Assembly (NCBI RefSeq): GCF_025526975.1
Contig: NW_026515687.1
Coordinates: 434,001 to 498,000, forward strand
Direction of reading: 5' to 3'
Source: Fimicolochytrium jonesii
Lineage: Eukaryota
Length of the DNA: 64,000 nt
Part shown: piece by piece, positions 48,071 to 64,000 of the stretch
Layout of the letters: each line of letters opens with the position of its first letter
How positions within the stretch are numbered: the first letter of the stretch is position 1
Translations under genes and position numbers: made by a program
The notes under the pieces: generated by a model
Told to the model about the DNA's origin: nothing
The model's input: only the letters and a program-made list of their open reading frames with translations
The model's database searches: none

Positions 48071-50386
48071 CTCTATCGGGACGTTGAGAAGACCCGGCGA
48101 ACGAAGCGCAGAAAACGACATGGAAAAAGTATGACGCCTAGTGGAAGTTACGTTCAAGAACCTAGTCAGCACCCCACAAACCATTGCGAGAGTTCACCGT
48201 TCCAATGCGTTTGAGGAGTCGCTCATTGGCGTATCAAGGTCAAAGACGGGGGGTTACCGGACACCAGTGGAATTGAGGTGGTTGCCCCACAACCACCACA
48301 CACCGATGATTTGCTGTCCCGCCCGGCGTCGCCTTCCTTAGCTCTATATTGAACTCGAGTCGATCGCCTTCCTTCTATTTATTTTCCCCTTTTTCCACCA
48401 TTGTGCGCAACAACCCTTGTTCGCAACTTCGCATGCTATATGAAAGGTACAGTACGTACAGTACTCTGACGAAAAGCGGAACGCGAAACCGACGCGTGTC
48501 AATTGATCTCCATTCGGACGCATTCGGACGCGATTCGGACATTGGAAGGTCATGTGACAGTTAAAATATACGGCCCCTCACTTTCTCTGCCCAGGTTCTC
48601 GGTGGAGTCGGTGCAAAAGACCCAACTGATCTCTATCTGTGTATCCCAACGTCCCATAGCTGCCGAGTCCCGGGGCTGCCCATTATCCACAACAGTAGTA
48701 GTCCAGACTCCACAGTCCACCTGGTTACGGCGAGAGTGAACAATGACGCAAATTAACGGCTCCGGGTCAAACTACGCTAAAACTTTCAAGCAACCCGAAG
48801 CAAAAGGCTACAAGCGATGACTTCATTTGTACCACTTATTCTTTTTACACAATTTCAAGGTCGGGATCAAGTGGTACTGTACAGGTGGGACACATTGGAG
48901 AAATATATGAAAGATCGGCGGAGCTATTTGATCCCGCCGCGGCGGTGATATCGAAATTTGAAATTACTTACCTTTGGAAGTTGGCAATTTGTGAGAAAAA
49001 CACGTCACGGTGACGGCGCGGAAGTCGGTCTGCCCAGTCGGCGAAATGGATCTCTTCGACTTCGTGGATGGGCGAAAGATCTGCAGCGCGGAGTAGGAGC
49101 CGCAGTGGGCCGAAAGGCCTGACGGGACTCGAGATCGGCGATGGCCTCAATGAAACGGGAGACATTTACCCGTAGCTGGATTCAGGATAGCAGCCACGAT
49201 TCTATGCTCTCATTCTATGAGATGAACCGACGAAAAAAAACATAACCGGCTTGTCAGCGTGCAAGCGAAAAAGTTGCCATCGATCGATGAAGCATAACGC
49301 GCTATTTAGTGGGCCGCTTACTGCTACCAAAGTATGCAGATGTTACTATGAACTAGGTGCCCACAATTTACCTGTAGGGCATCCTGCCGTCTGAAGAACC
49401 CTCCCATCCACTACAAGCTGCCAAATCGATCCTGCCCAACGTCTGTTGTTCTCGTAGTGCAAGGCGTTGGTGTACAGTACTATCGTAGTAGTAGTCGCTG
49501 AACGTAGATCTGCACAGAGACACACTACACTGCCAAGTTCTCCTCAACATTCATCCCCAACCTCCCCTTCCATCGGTTTCACCCTACGGTGTCGTTCTAC
49601 TAACGACGGATACCTCGCCTCCAGCTGCGCCCATCTTGGCTTCGCTCTGAGCTCTCTTGTTGTTGAACGTTTCCAACGCAGGGTCCTGGCGACGCGAATT
49701 CATTATATCTTGGCCACCATTCCACAGGGTGCGCCTCCAGCAGAGCTGTCAAGGTCAAGGATCTCGCTTCCGCCACCAGCAGCGCACAGGGCCAGTCACA
49801 CCTCACCCCAGCTTTGCTTTAGCCTGCCTGCCTAAACAACATAGCGTGGGGCACTGTGGAGACTTCCCGCCGTCTCAGCCACTTGCGCATCGGCTGCACA
49901 CAAGTACTGTACACCCCAGTGGGTGTTGTACTGTACTGTACAGATCGCGGGAAGTGTTTGAAAGTCTTTGAAAAGGGGCGGGTATTTAATAGTTCGCCGC
50001 GCACGAAGGAATTCGGGCCGAAAAACACGCTCAGAAAAGGACGAACAACGACTGAGGGTGTTCGACATCCTCCGCCATCGCCAACGCAGAAAAGCAGCCC
50101 CACAAAGTGCTACTGCTCTCACCTCCAGAAGCACTCTCGAGTCGGGCAGGCACTGGCAGTTGGTATCGTGGAGGGTTGGGCTGAGCTGTCAGAAGTCACT
50201 TATTCATAGTGCACACCTTTTTTTCTGCGAGTGACACCTTTGAGGTGTGAAATTGGGCGACGAGGAATAGACGTTTCTTCATCACCGTCTGCCAATCGTC
50301 TGCCAAATCAACTCTTCCAGCAAGGGGAAGGTAGCATACCTCACCAGCAAATCCCGATACCCCCGGCTGCAACTCCGACAGCCACC

Positions 50387-52483
50387 ATGTCACAAGCAAC
50401 GTCGCTCCGCATGCTTCAGCATAAAAACCGGAGTCAGCGTCGGTTCCTCATCCACCCATTTGCCGCCGGCTACACCGCACACAGTCGCAAACCCATACCC
50501 TCCTTTGCTGCGTTCCTGGAAAACACTGGTTCACCACCGACTGACCACCCACCAACCCCTATCGATTCCGGCACGCAGGACTCGTCACCTTCACCACCCT
50601 CGCTACGGTCAGCACGCAAGCATTCCCTCTACGACGTCAAAAGCAGCTTCTATTACAGCTTTCCTGGCCCGCAACAACGGCGGAGCACACAACATAAGCT
50701 GCCACGGACGATTGCCAAGCGGCGGAGTAGGAGTCTTGGTGGCAAAATCGGGAAGGAGTTGTATGGGGATGAAAATGGGAGTGAGGTCTTCCTTCTGCGA
50801 AAGCGGAGTGGTGTAGGGAGGAAGAGCAAGACACAGAAGGACTTGGAGGTGGAGCATGATCATGCGGACGTGGGTGATTTGTGGGCTAAGGAGGGCGAGT
50901 TGGACAAGGAGCGACCAAGTGCTGCTGTAACCCTTCAGAGAAGTCGGACCATCAACCCAGTCACTCCCTACCTCTTCAGGAAGGGCTCCATGAGAGGGTT
51001 GGTATACGGTGCTCAGCGGCAACACCAACAGCAGGTCGAGTCACGAAGCTCACCAAAACGGAGGGCGACGACGACGTCCCGGATACCCCAGCGCTCTGCC
51101 GCGGCAGCACCCTCTGCCGAGCCTGTCAATAAGTCCGACCAAAACCCCGTTTTCGAGGCATTACGACGGAAGCAGCCCCTCACTCGCAAATCCCCGCGCA
51201 ACAACTTGCGCATTGACACACAACTCAACACGTTTAACCTTCCTACCCCTGCCGAGCAGAAGACGCCCGATGAACGAACGCCAGATACACCCATCCCCAC
51301 CCCCTCGTCTGTATTTCCGCCCACACCGACATCCCTCACCGCATCAACCGCAATGCTAACCCAGGAACAACAATCCACACGTCTCACAAAGGGTTCACTC
51401 CCTCCCCGTCTCGCGCCCGATTTGGAGCAACGGTACTACATCATGGCATTCCGCAAACTCTCAACATTGCGCTCGTCAGCGTCGCGCATCGTGCTCATCA
51501 ACCTGATCCATTACATCCGTCGCGTGCATCCGGAAATCGTCTCGCTGCATTTCACGCGGCCTGTGGATGCGCCAAATCCCGCTGCAAGCACCGCGACGTT
51601 GGCGATGACACCCGACACGCCAGCGCCACCGCAGTACCAATACCAACACTCTTCCACACAGTCCGACACCGCCTCCTATCGGCACTCATACCCCTCGCAC
51701 ACACCCTACGCCCAAGAGCAGCAGCAATCATCACCCTACTCATACCCTTACCACACCACCAGCACATCCTCCCTCCCTCCGTCCCCGCCGCACAACACCC
51801 CCCCAATACCCTTCCGCATCAGCATCGCCAAGCTAATGCGCTCGACACCCGGCCCCGCATCGCAAAGCATGACCGCCAAACGACGCAATAAGCGACGGCT
51901 GGAGCTGCGTGCGGCCGGGATGCCCGTGTCGTGGGGCGCGTCAGGGTTGCGAGTGGAGGTCACGGACGCGGAAGCCTTAGAGTCGTGTCGACGTCAGCAG
52001 GCACTATTGCAGGCCCAAGCAGAACTGCAGGCCCATTCGTCTCATTTGTCGCCAGGCATGCACGCACACGCAAACTTGCATACAAACCCACAAACCCACA
52101 CCGCCGGCCGCATATCCGCCACCTTCCTCCGCCACGGCAACCTCTCCCAATTCGAGCACCTGTACGAATCTCCCTCCTCAGTACCACAACCACCCACCCC
52201 CAAACAGAAACGCCGCTGGAGCCGCCAACCCAAACCCAAACCGCCACCCCACTCCCAACACCCTGCGCCATCCGACATCAAACCGGACTCATCATCACGC
52301 CGTTCCCAAGCCCAACAACACACGGCAAAACCGTGGAGAACGACCATGTGGCGACGCATGCGCCGCTTACTCGGCTGCGGCGGCGGGTTTTACATCCATG
52401 ACGGGGTCAGTGGGTCGTTTGTCCACGTCGCGGCGGCGGCGGCGAGGTCCTCGCAGACTTGTTTGACGTATAGGCAGGGATAG
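50387..52483 (+). CDS. Large low-complexity protein with a divergent Zds_C-like motif
   Basis: GCCACCATG start, ~700-codon ORF; RLAPDLEQRYYIMAFRKLSTLRSSASRIVLINLIHYI resembles the Zds C-terminal consensus; 3' end may be spliced. Confidence 0.6.
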   Translation: MSQATSLRMLQHKNRSQRRFLIHPFAAGYTAHSRKPIPSFAAFLENTGSPPTDHPPTPIDSGTQDSSPSPPSLRSARKHSLYDVKSSFYYSFPGPQQRRSTQHKLPRTIAKRRSRSLGGKIGKELYGDENGSEVFLLRKRSGVGRKSKTQKDLEVEHDHADVGDLWAKEGELDKERPSAAVTLQRSRTINPVTPYLFRKGSMRGLVYGAQRQHQQQVESRSSPKRRATTTSRIPQRSAAAAPSAEPVNKSDQNPVFEALRRKQPLTRKSPRNNLRIDTQLNTFNLPTPAEQKTPDERTPDTPIPTPSSVFPPTPTSLTASTAMLTQEQQSTRLTKGSLPPRLAPDLEQRYYIMAFRKLSTLRSSASRIVLINLIHYIRRVHPEIVSLHFTRPVDAPNPAASTATLAMTPDTPAPPQYQYQHSSTQSDTASYRHSYPSHTPYAQEQQQSSPYSYPYHTTSTSSLPPSPPHNTPPIPFRISIAKLMRSTPGPASQSMTAKRRNKRRLELRAAGMPVSWGASGLRVEVTDAEALESCRRQQALLQAQAELQAHSSHLSPGMHAHANLHTNPQTHTAGRISATFLRHGNLSQFEHLYESPSSVPQPPTPKQKRRWSRQPKPKPPPHSQHPAPSDIKPDSSSRRSQAQQHTAKPWRTTMWRRMRRLLGCGGGFYIHDGVSGSFVHVAAAAARSSQTCLTYRQG

Positions 52484-53095
52484 GAGTCTTGTACGCATCG
52501 TGGGTAAGGATGTTATCTTATGTAGTTTTAGCAGCGTAGGTAACTCTGCTCCCACTTCCCCTCGCACATAGGATAGGGTAGCTTGCTTGGCACGGCGTAA
52601 TATGTATATTCCGGACAGCGTGGTTAGGGCATAATCATTTGTACATACAATCCGAAGTAATCTTGCTCGATAACAGATGAGAGATGAGGTGATACGTTCC
52701 GGGCGTTTGGCGCAGAATGGAGTTGGGCCAGATATCCTCAGATGAGACGCAGCGTCCCTCAGCGAGCTTTGGGATATCCGTCAGCGCACCGCATCCACCG
52801 ACTTGGCGTCACAGAAATCAAGACGAAACACAATACAGATGAACGGTATGATATGGTATGATTACGACACAACGTCGCCCTGCATGTACACGCAAAACAA
52901 GCCGGAACCGGGCGGGGTCCGGGCCCACGGGGGGAGGGGATTAGGGTTGCATATATGTATAGTGTGTGTAAGGAATGATGGGGGTAGTGAGGATGTGTAG
53001 AGAGACGCGACATGGGAAGGCGCGTGTGAGTCTGTGTCGAGATTGACAGGGAGACAAGGGAAGGAGACATCATATCAAGGTATTGGCAACGCCCA

Positions 53096-57289
<4,194 letters not shown>

Positions 57290-58319
57290 GTTGTTGAGAA
57301 TATGAGTTGCCCTCGTGGACAATGCGTATTGAGAAAGGTCGAATGCGCGCGCAAGTCTAGTCCCGGTCTATGCCATGGAACACCTTTCGGCGGCTACACC
57401 GATATGAACTAATCACAGCAAAGTGGCAGGCTACAAACAGGGACCCTTTGGAGGTATGGTAGTGTCTCGGTTGCTGTAAGTAGTGTGTTGCAAGAGTGTG
57501 TTTTGCTGCGAGATTGCGTTGGGGGGGGCGGCGGCGGGAGGGAGTTCTTTTTGGAGTGCGGCCGGGTTGGTTGGCTGCTTCTTGTGCCGCGCGTGCCGTT
57601 CGTTCCTTACATATGACGAGTTGACAATTTTGAGCTTCGTCCGCGGAGACTCCTCTCGTTCGATATCTGTACGCACAGTATGGACCCTTCCTCGTCCGCT
57701 GCTTGTACCGGAAGACATTCATGGCAACGCCGTATTTTAGCTGCTTTCTCGTTCGCAAAGAGGACAGCGAGCGAAGTGTCCTTTCATCAGAGCGTCAAAC
57801 CATAAGCCCTGCTTCGCCCAAGTTGCGGCCGCCGTCAATAATTTGTGGAATGCCCAGATGAAGCCATCTTCAGCCCGCCGCTCCCGACCCGATGCGCTGC
57901 CCAGATAAATCTCGCCACCACCGTTGGCAATGGTTGCACTCAGTCCTCATACAAGATGATGACGTTCTCAGCCTTGCCTCTCTCCTTGGGACGATGCATC
58001 CGCTGAAGCGAGCTCAGATACGAAGGTGTGCTTTCCATGGAGAGGGCTAGGGTTAGCGAAATAAATGCTTCCGACTGCGCAAGCCGTCACGTGAGCTCGC
58101 GTGTGCTCCCTCTCTTGACGGACTTGCTCGTCGAGTCTCGTCCAGGGGAAGGCAGGCAAGAGATCTCGTCCGAAGCAACCATTCCCACGCAGAATCACCC
58201 ACATCCGCACAACCCACCTCCTCACCCCATCCGCCTCTACAGTCTTAACTTCGGTAGCAGAAACGTTTTGTTCGGGCCCAGTCACACTCCCACTGTTTCC
58301 CTAGCTTCAATCCATACAA

Positions 58320-60457
58320 ATGTGAGCAATTCCAACGCGCCAAACCCCCCTGGGCGTCCGCAGAGATCAAGTCGTATTGATCATTGTTCCCTTTCGCGTG
58401 CGCATTGCAGGTCCTCGTCAGCTATCCAATTAGCCAACCCTAAGGCCGAGGTGGCTCGTCAGGGTCAAGCACTGGGGATTAACATCACCGCTGCTGCTGG
58501 TTTGCAAGATGTTCTGAGATCGAATTTGGGACCTAAGGGGACGCAGAAAATGTGAGGGCGCAGATCACGAGTCGACTGGGCAAAGCGTGGCATGGATACT
58601 GATGTTGTCCTAACAAGGCTTGTTGGCGGTGCTGGAGATATCAAGCTCACGAAAGACGGAAAGGTTCTCCTCACCGAAATGGTATGTCGTGGGAGCCCAC
58701 TACATCCGGAGACGGGAGAAACCACGCGGTCATTTTACTGAAGCATACCTCTTGTTTTTCTGTCTCGCAGCAAATCCAAAACCCAACGGCTGCCATGATT
58801 GCCCGCGCAGCGACAGCACAGGACGAAGTGACTGGAGACGGAACAACGTCCAACGTGCTCCTGATTGCGGAACTGTTGAAGCAGGCAGAGAGGTTTATTG
58901 GGGAGGGTCTTCACCCTCGTGTTATCACGGAAGGGTTTGACATTGCCAAGAAGGAGGCCTTGGAGGTAGGGCTTCATGAAACCTCGGCATTTATGAATCG
59001 AGGCACAGTTGCTCACGTTCCGCCCCGTTGCAGTTCCTGGAGAAGTTCAAGGTTAAGGTGGACATGGACCGGGAAACATTATTCAGCGTCGCACGCACAT
59101 CGCTCCGCACAAAAGTCCGTCAGGAAGTCGCAGACGCCTTGATGGAGGCCGTCGTCGACGCCGTTCTGTGTATTTACCGTGAGGGCAAGCCAATCGACTT
59201 GCACATGGTGGAAATCATGAAGATGCAGCACAAAAACGACACCGATACCCGCCTTGTCCGCGGTCTTGTCATGGACCATGGCGCACGCCACCCCGATATG
59301 CCTAAGCGTGTTGAGGATGCCTATGTATTGACCCTCAACGTCTCCCTGGAATACGAGAAGAGGTGAGCTACACTGTTATTTCTTATGATTGTGCGCGTTT
59401 GATGACTTCTGACACATTTTCACCCTTCCAGCGAGATCAACTCTGGTTTCTTCTACAGCAGTGCCGAACAGCGCGAGAAGCTCGTCGAGTCTGAAAGGCG
59501 ATTCGTTGACGCGAAGCTCGCCAAGATTGTCGAGTTCAAGAAATCGGTCTGCGATGGAAATAAGAAGGGCTTTGTAATCCTGAACCAAAAGGGTATCGAC
59601 CCTCTTTCCCTGGATGTGCTGGCAAAGAACGGTATCATGGCTCTCAGGAGAGCTAAGAGGAGAAACATGGAGAGGTATTTCGATTGGTTGCAAGTATTTT
59701 CTTCTCGCAAGCGCTGGCATGCTAAACTAACTTTCGATCGATCACTTAGGCTGCAATTGTGCTGTGGAGGAGTTGCCCAGAACTCAGTGGAGGACCTGAC
59801 ACCAGACATCCTAGGCCACGCTGGTCTCGTCTACGAGCACGTCCTCGGCGAGGAAAAGTTCACCTTCGTCGAAGACGTCAAAAACCCCCAATCCGTCACC
59901 ATCCTCGTCACCGGCCCCAACGCCCACACGATCGTCCAGATCAACGACGCCATTCGGGACGGTCTCCGCGCAGTCAAGAACGCCATCGAGGACGAGTACC
60001 TCGTCCCCGGCGCCGCGGCCTTCCAAGTAGCGCTCCACGCCCACCTGCTCAAATTCAAGGACTCAGTCAAGGGACGGCCCAAGATGGGTGTGCAGGCGTT
60101 TGCGGAGGCTATGTTGATCATCCCCAAGGTGCTTGCTCAGAACGGAGGCTTTGATGTCCAGGATGTCCTTGTGGCCCTGCAGGAGGAGCACACTGCTGGT
60201 CACGTTGTTGGGCTGGACCTTGTTACGGGAGAGACTCTGGACCCTGTTGCGGAGGGTATTTGGGACAACTACCGTGTGCATAGGCATATGTTGCACTCTT
60301 GGTATGTCCTTTCGACTCATTTGGGTTGCTGTGTGCTCTATGCTAACCTCCGTCTTTCCCTTCTTGCCACAGCGCCGTGATCGCCTCGAACTTCCTCCTC
60401 GTCGACGAGATGATGCGCGCCGGACGATCCAGCTTGAGGCAAAGCAACGCGGAGTAG
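58320..60457 (+). CDS. CCT6: T-complex protein 1 subunit zeta (chaperonin CCT), multi-exon
   Basis: [74 protein letters not shown]. Confidence 0.97.
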
Positions 60458-60840
60458 ACCACTCAACGGAATCCCGGACCCATTTACGCCCCGAAGAAAC
60501 CCCCTAACACAACCTGTTGTGAATAATATGTATAGGAACTCCCCCTTGTAAACCGTGTCCCGAGCAGAGCTGTATATGTATGATAGCGAGCAACTGAGTG
60601 CTCTGTTTATTTGTGATTCTGTGAGAGGCGGTGAGGATGAGTATGATGCCTGAATATGGCTTGTGAGACATGAATTACCGTCAGAATGGGGTTTGCTTTT
60701 GCATGGATGCAAGAAGCTTCTGTCCTGAACGCGTCTGCGTTCTTCGAGACGCGTTTTCAAAGCTCGCACTTTTTGTCCAAATTGAACAATTGAGCTGGGA
60801 AAATTCCAAACGGCTTCCTTCTGTAAACCAACATGAGCAG

Positions 60841-63800
60841 ATGACAGATCCGACGGCGCTGCCTACCATTGACGCGCGCCTACAGAAGGTGCCTGCCGTC
60901 GTGTGTGGTGTGTGTGTGGTGAAAAAGTCGGAGTGGGCAACTCACCTTGTATTACATTACTCTTCCATACAGGTGCATGATTTACTCACAGGCAGCGATA
61001 ATACTTCGCTAAACCGTGAAGATATCCTTGCCTATCGTCAGCTACTGGCGAAGTGTTCGGAAGAATGTCTGGTGCTGGCGCCCGAGAGGGCTGGGCGGGA
61101 TGGTGTGTATTTGAATTTCGGGTGTCTGGCATTCTCCGATCCGATTTTTGCTGATGTCCCGGAGCCAGGCTCTCTTCCTTCGGAAACGATTCGCCGAGCG
61201 AGGATGACGGTGGTGTTGCTTCGTGTGGCATCGGTGCAGAAACCGGAGATCTTTCTGACCAACTCGTTTGAGATTGTTGGGGTTGAGGAAGATGGCGGAG
61301 CGCCGCGCGGTGGTGGAGACGGGCCGGCGACGGGCCCGGTCCTTTTATCACAGCTCTATTCCGATAAAGGCTCCCTGATAGCATGCGAGCCGTTCGATCG
61401 ATGGATCTTCTCTCGCGTTGTGAGGGTTCTGGCACTGTCTGGTCTTGCCACCGTGCACGAGGCTGTTTTCGAGGTCGTCAACGAGCTTGTGTACATTATG
61501 ATTCACGGGAGGGAAAGTTCCCAGGATCGGCACTTTCATGACTTGGTTGAGGAGATGGTGGAGATGATCAATGGTGAGATATGGGCGAGGTCGACAACTT
61601 GGTTGAGGTTACGCTAACCTGCTGGGGGAAACAGTGATTCAGAGCAGTTTGAAAAGCACAGGGGATGTATCGAGTCCCATCACCTGTGAACACGATGGTG
61701 GACATATTCAACTGAGCACAGCCGATGAATGCCACATGTTCTTGAGAAACTTGTATCAGCTTCTCAAACTTTGCTACAAGCAGGGGCAGTTTGCTACAGG
61801 GAATGTAAATGCGAGGTTGTGGGGGCATCTGATCGATTACTTCGAATTTCTTCCGGACGAGGAGGGCATGGGGTCGTTGAAGGTGAGGGGTCGTAAACGA
61901 TTCATTTTCGAAACGTGTTGTATGGGCCAGCTGATTCTGTTGATTTTGCAGACTGCCCTTGGTCTCGTCTTCGCCATGCACAAACTCACGGACGAACTTC
62001 ACCTCATCAGCAAAAGGCGCATCCTAGACGTCCTCATTAAGGCATTATGGAGCCTGTTCCCCGACGGAGAAGCACAAACCTTCGTCCCTGCAGAAATGGA
62101 TGAAGAGCTGCAGTTGCTATTAGCTACCGCGCTCTCTCAATGCCTGAACGGTGGCATTGTGTCGGGTACACTGCTACATGTGTTTGCACCGGTGCGCATG
62201 CTGGTGGGTCTACCGGTGTTCAGAGCCCTCACGCGGAATCTGCGGAGTGTCTTGATGGAGTTGTATGAACTGGGCCTTATGAGCATGGAGTTGAATGGAT
62301 CGCCGAGAACGTTTATCAGGGTTAGTCGGTCGGTGGATGGACAGCGATCGTCTCTGGGAGCGGATCAGATGGAAGGGGTCTCTGGGACAGCCGGGAGTAG
62401 GAAGCGGAAAGCGGGAGACATGGAGGCTAAGAGGGGGGGCCAGACCGATGCCCTGCGAGACATCAGCTCATCGAAGCGTAGACGAACGTCTGATGACAGC
62501 GCAATGCAAAGCTTTGCGAGTCACGAGCCGTTTCCGGAAGTTCTTCCGCGCTTGGACGTCGCATCGCTTGCAAGTGCTGATGAAACAGCCAATGCAGCGC
62601 TCGCCAAAGCAATCGCGACGCACCCTTGGCATGCCGCAGACGCAGAGACTGCGATATTTGCACTTGCTTCAGCTTGGGAAGCCGTACCCGCTGCGGCGCA
62701 TGTCAACCTTGACGAGTTACAGAAGCTGGTGTCAACTTCCTTCACTCACGCGATCAGTATTCTCCATGGAGTTTCCGTACCGAATACGTCACTGGATGTG
62801 ATTCTGTCCATCGCGACAACCCTGTGCACCTGCGTCCCTGTTTTGCGGCGACTCGGAGAAAGCGAACGGTACAGTCTGGTGTGGGTCGTTTCCTTACCTT
62901 GGCTAAATGCTATTTTGAAGCGGGAACCTGGCGTCACGGGCGACGACTATTTCCGCTCGGAAAGTGAAGCGTTTATGAAGACCCTCTACAACGGCTTCGA
63001 TTTCAGCGGAAATGACTTGAGACATGTGGAATTCAAAGATCTTGAGCCTATTCCTTCGCCTCTGGACGTGAAACTTTCTGTGAAATGCTTGAGGGCTATT
63101 GTTTCCGCTGTCAAACGATCCCCGGATCCGCAATTGGCAGTGCATGCTGCATACGTGTGGTTGAGATGCCTCGAATGGAATCCTTCGATGGAAAACGCCG
63201 CGTCTCGTTTCACATGGGATATCATTGCCTTTTTGGACCATGGAACGGATACGCAAACGGTTTTCGTAAAACATCTCTGGTAAGTTATGTATATGGCTGG
63301 CTCTCCGATGCCGAGACTCTTGATTGACATCCCCCAAGCTGGCTTGCGCAGAACCGGCCACAGACTCAAGGCGGCATCAGCTCCTGTCTCGGGACTATGT
63401 GCTGCGCCCTTGTACAAAGTGAAGTGGATCGACCTGGAAGGGGTGAAGAGACACGTACCTGCCCTCAGTGCGACACAAAACGGGACATCGACTCCTTTGC
63501 GCTCGTCAACGCCAGCTACGCCAATTTGTTCATGCGATTTATGTTTCTGGCAGACACGGGGAGTCCTGAGTCTCGCGTACTGTTCTTCCGGAGTTTGCTG
63601 CGTTTATGCCGGCATCTGCCCATGAACAAACTGGAATTCCGAAGCTCTGACCTTGTACGAGCATGTGTGCAAGCATTGGCGGCCGACTGCCGCCGAGTTC
63701 GACGCATCGCGGGCGAGGTCGTCGCCTTGATCTGCACACGCGTGGAAGCATGTGATGACCCTGCTCTGACTGCGGACAACAACTTGGCACTGACAGAGGA

Positions 63801-64000
63801 GCTAAAAAAGCTCCGGGGTGCAAGTCCGCCGGTCGTGGAGACGACTGTTGTGACTATCGGAAGAATCGCACGCGTCGTTGGTGAAACTTCCCTGTTGCCA
63901 CTCCTGCAAGCCTTATTCGACCATTTTGGCGCGGAGAACGCCAACATCCGGTCCATGGCCGCAGAGCAAGTGCAAAGCATCGCAGAAGGACGCGATAAAT
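60841..64000 (+). CDS. N-terminal HEAT region of an ATR/Mec1/Rad3-like PIKK kinase (runs off the window)
   Basis: Long spliced helical ORFs; last exon LGTMCCAL...CPQCD...RLCRH...ETTVVTIGRIAR...LFDHFGAEN..IRSMAAEQ matches the pattern I recall for the ATR/Rad3 N-terminal region; kinase domain not in window. Confidence 0.7.

Noticed and set aside
48964..48994. TACTTACCT followed by AATTTGTG, resembling the U1 snRNA 5' end and Sm site
   Set aside because: Only ~15 nt apart with no room for U1 stem-loops; better explained as a minus-strand splice donor
49010..49240. Hairpin-rich stretch (GGCC-GAAA-GGCC; GGAAGTCGGT...ACCGAC) suggesting RNase P/MRP RNA or a hammerhead
   Set aside because: Could not build P1/P2 helices, the other conserved regions or the CUGAnGA core; no T-run terminator; a cmscan would settle it

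Overview
This is intron-rich eukaryotic DNA from a fungus, most likely an early-diverging, chytrid-like lineage (inference). The evidence is short GT-AG introns with CTAAC/CTGAC branch sites and a fungal-type HR1-C2-C1 PKC. The right part (~27-64 kb) is mostly housekeeping genes: a DUF938/METTL26-like methyltransferase, SPBC365.16-like membrane protein, SUB2/UAP56 (hosting an intronic C/D snoRNA resembling snR69), beta-carbonic anhydrase, PHS1, acylpeptide hydrolase, a secreted beta-lactamase-family hydrolase, a Zds-like protein, PKC1, CCT6 and the 5' part of an ATR/Mec1-like gene. Decayed element fragments are interspersed. The left ~27 kb is accessory, with pseudogene or TE relics (Crinkler-REase-like, LINE-like, atlastin/GBP-like) and lineage-specific surface proteins. 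The standout is an apparently intact 9-exon, ~2600-aa type-I membrane protein (9632-18090, minus strand). It has a Cys-containing N-terminal head, about 15 CSPG/NG2-type cadherin-like repeats, a Ser/Thr stalk and a transmembrane helix, resembling animal NG2/FRAS1/FREM architecture. All family calls come from motif recognition by eye; no searches were run.
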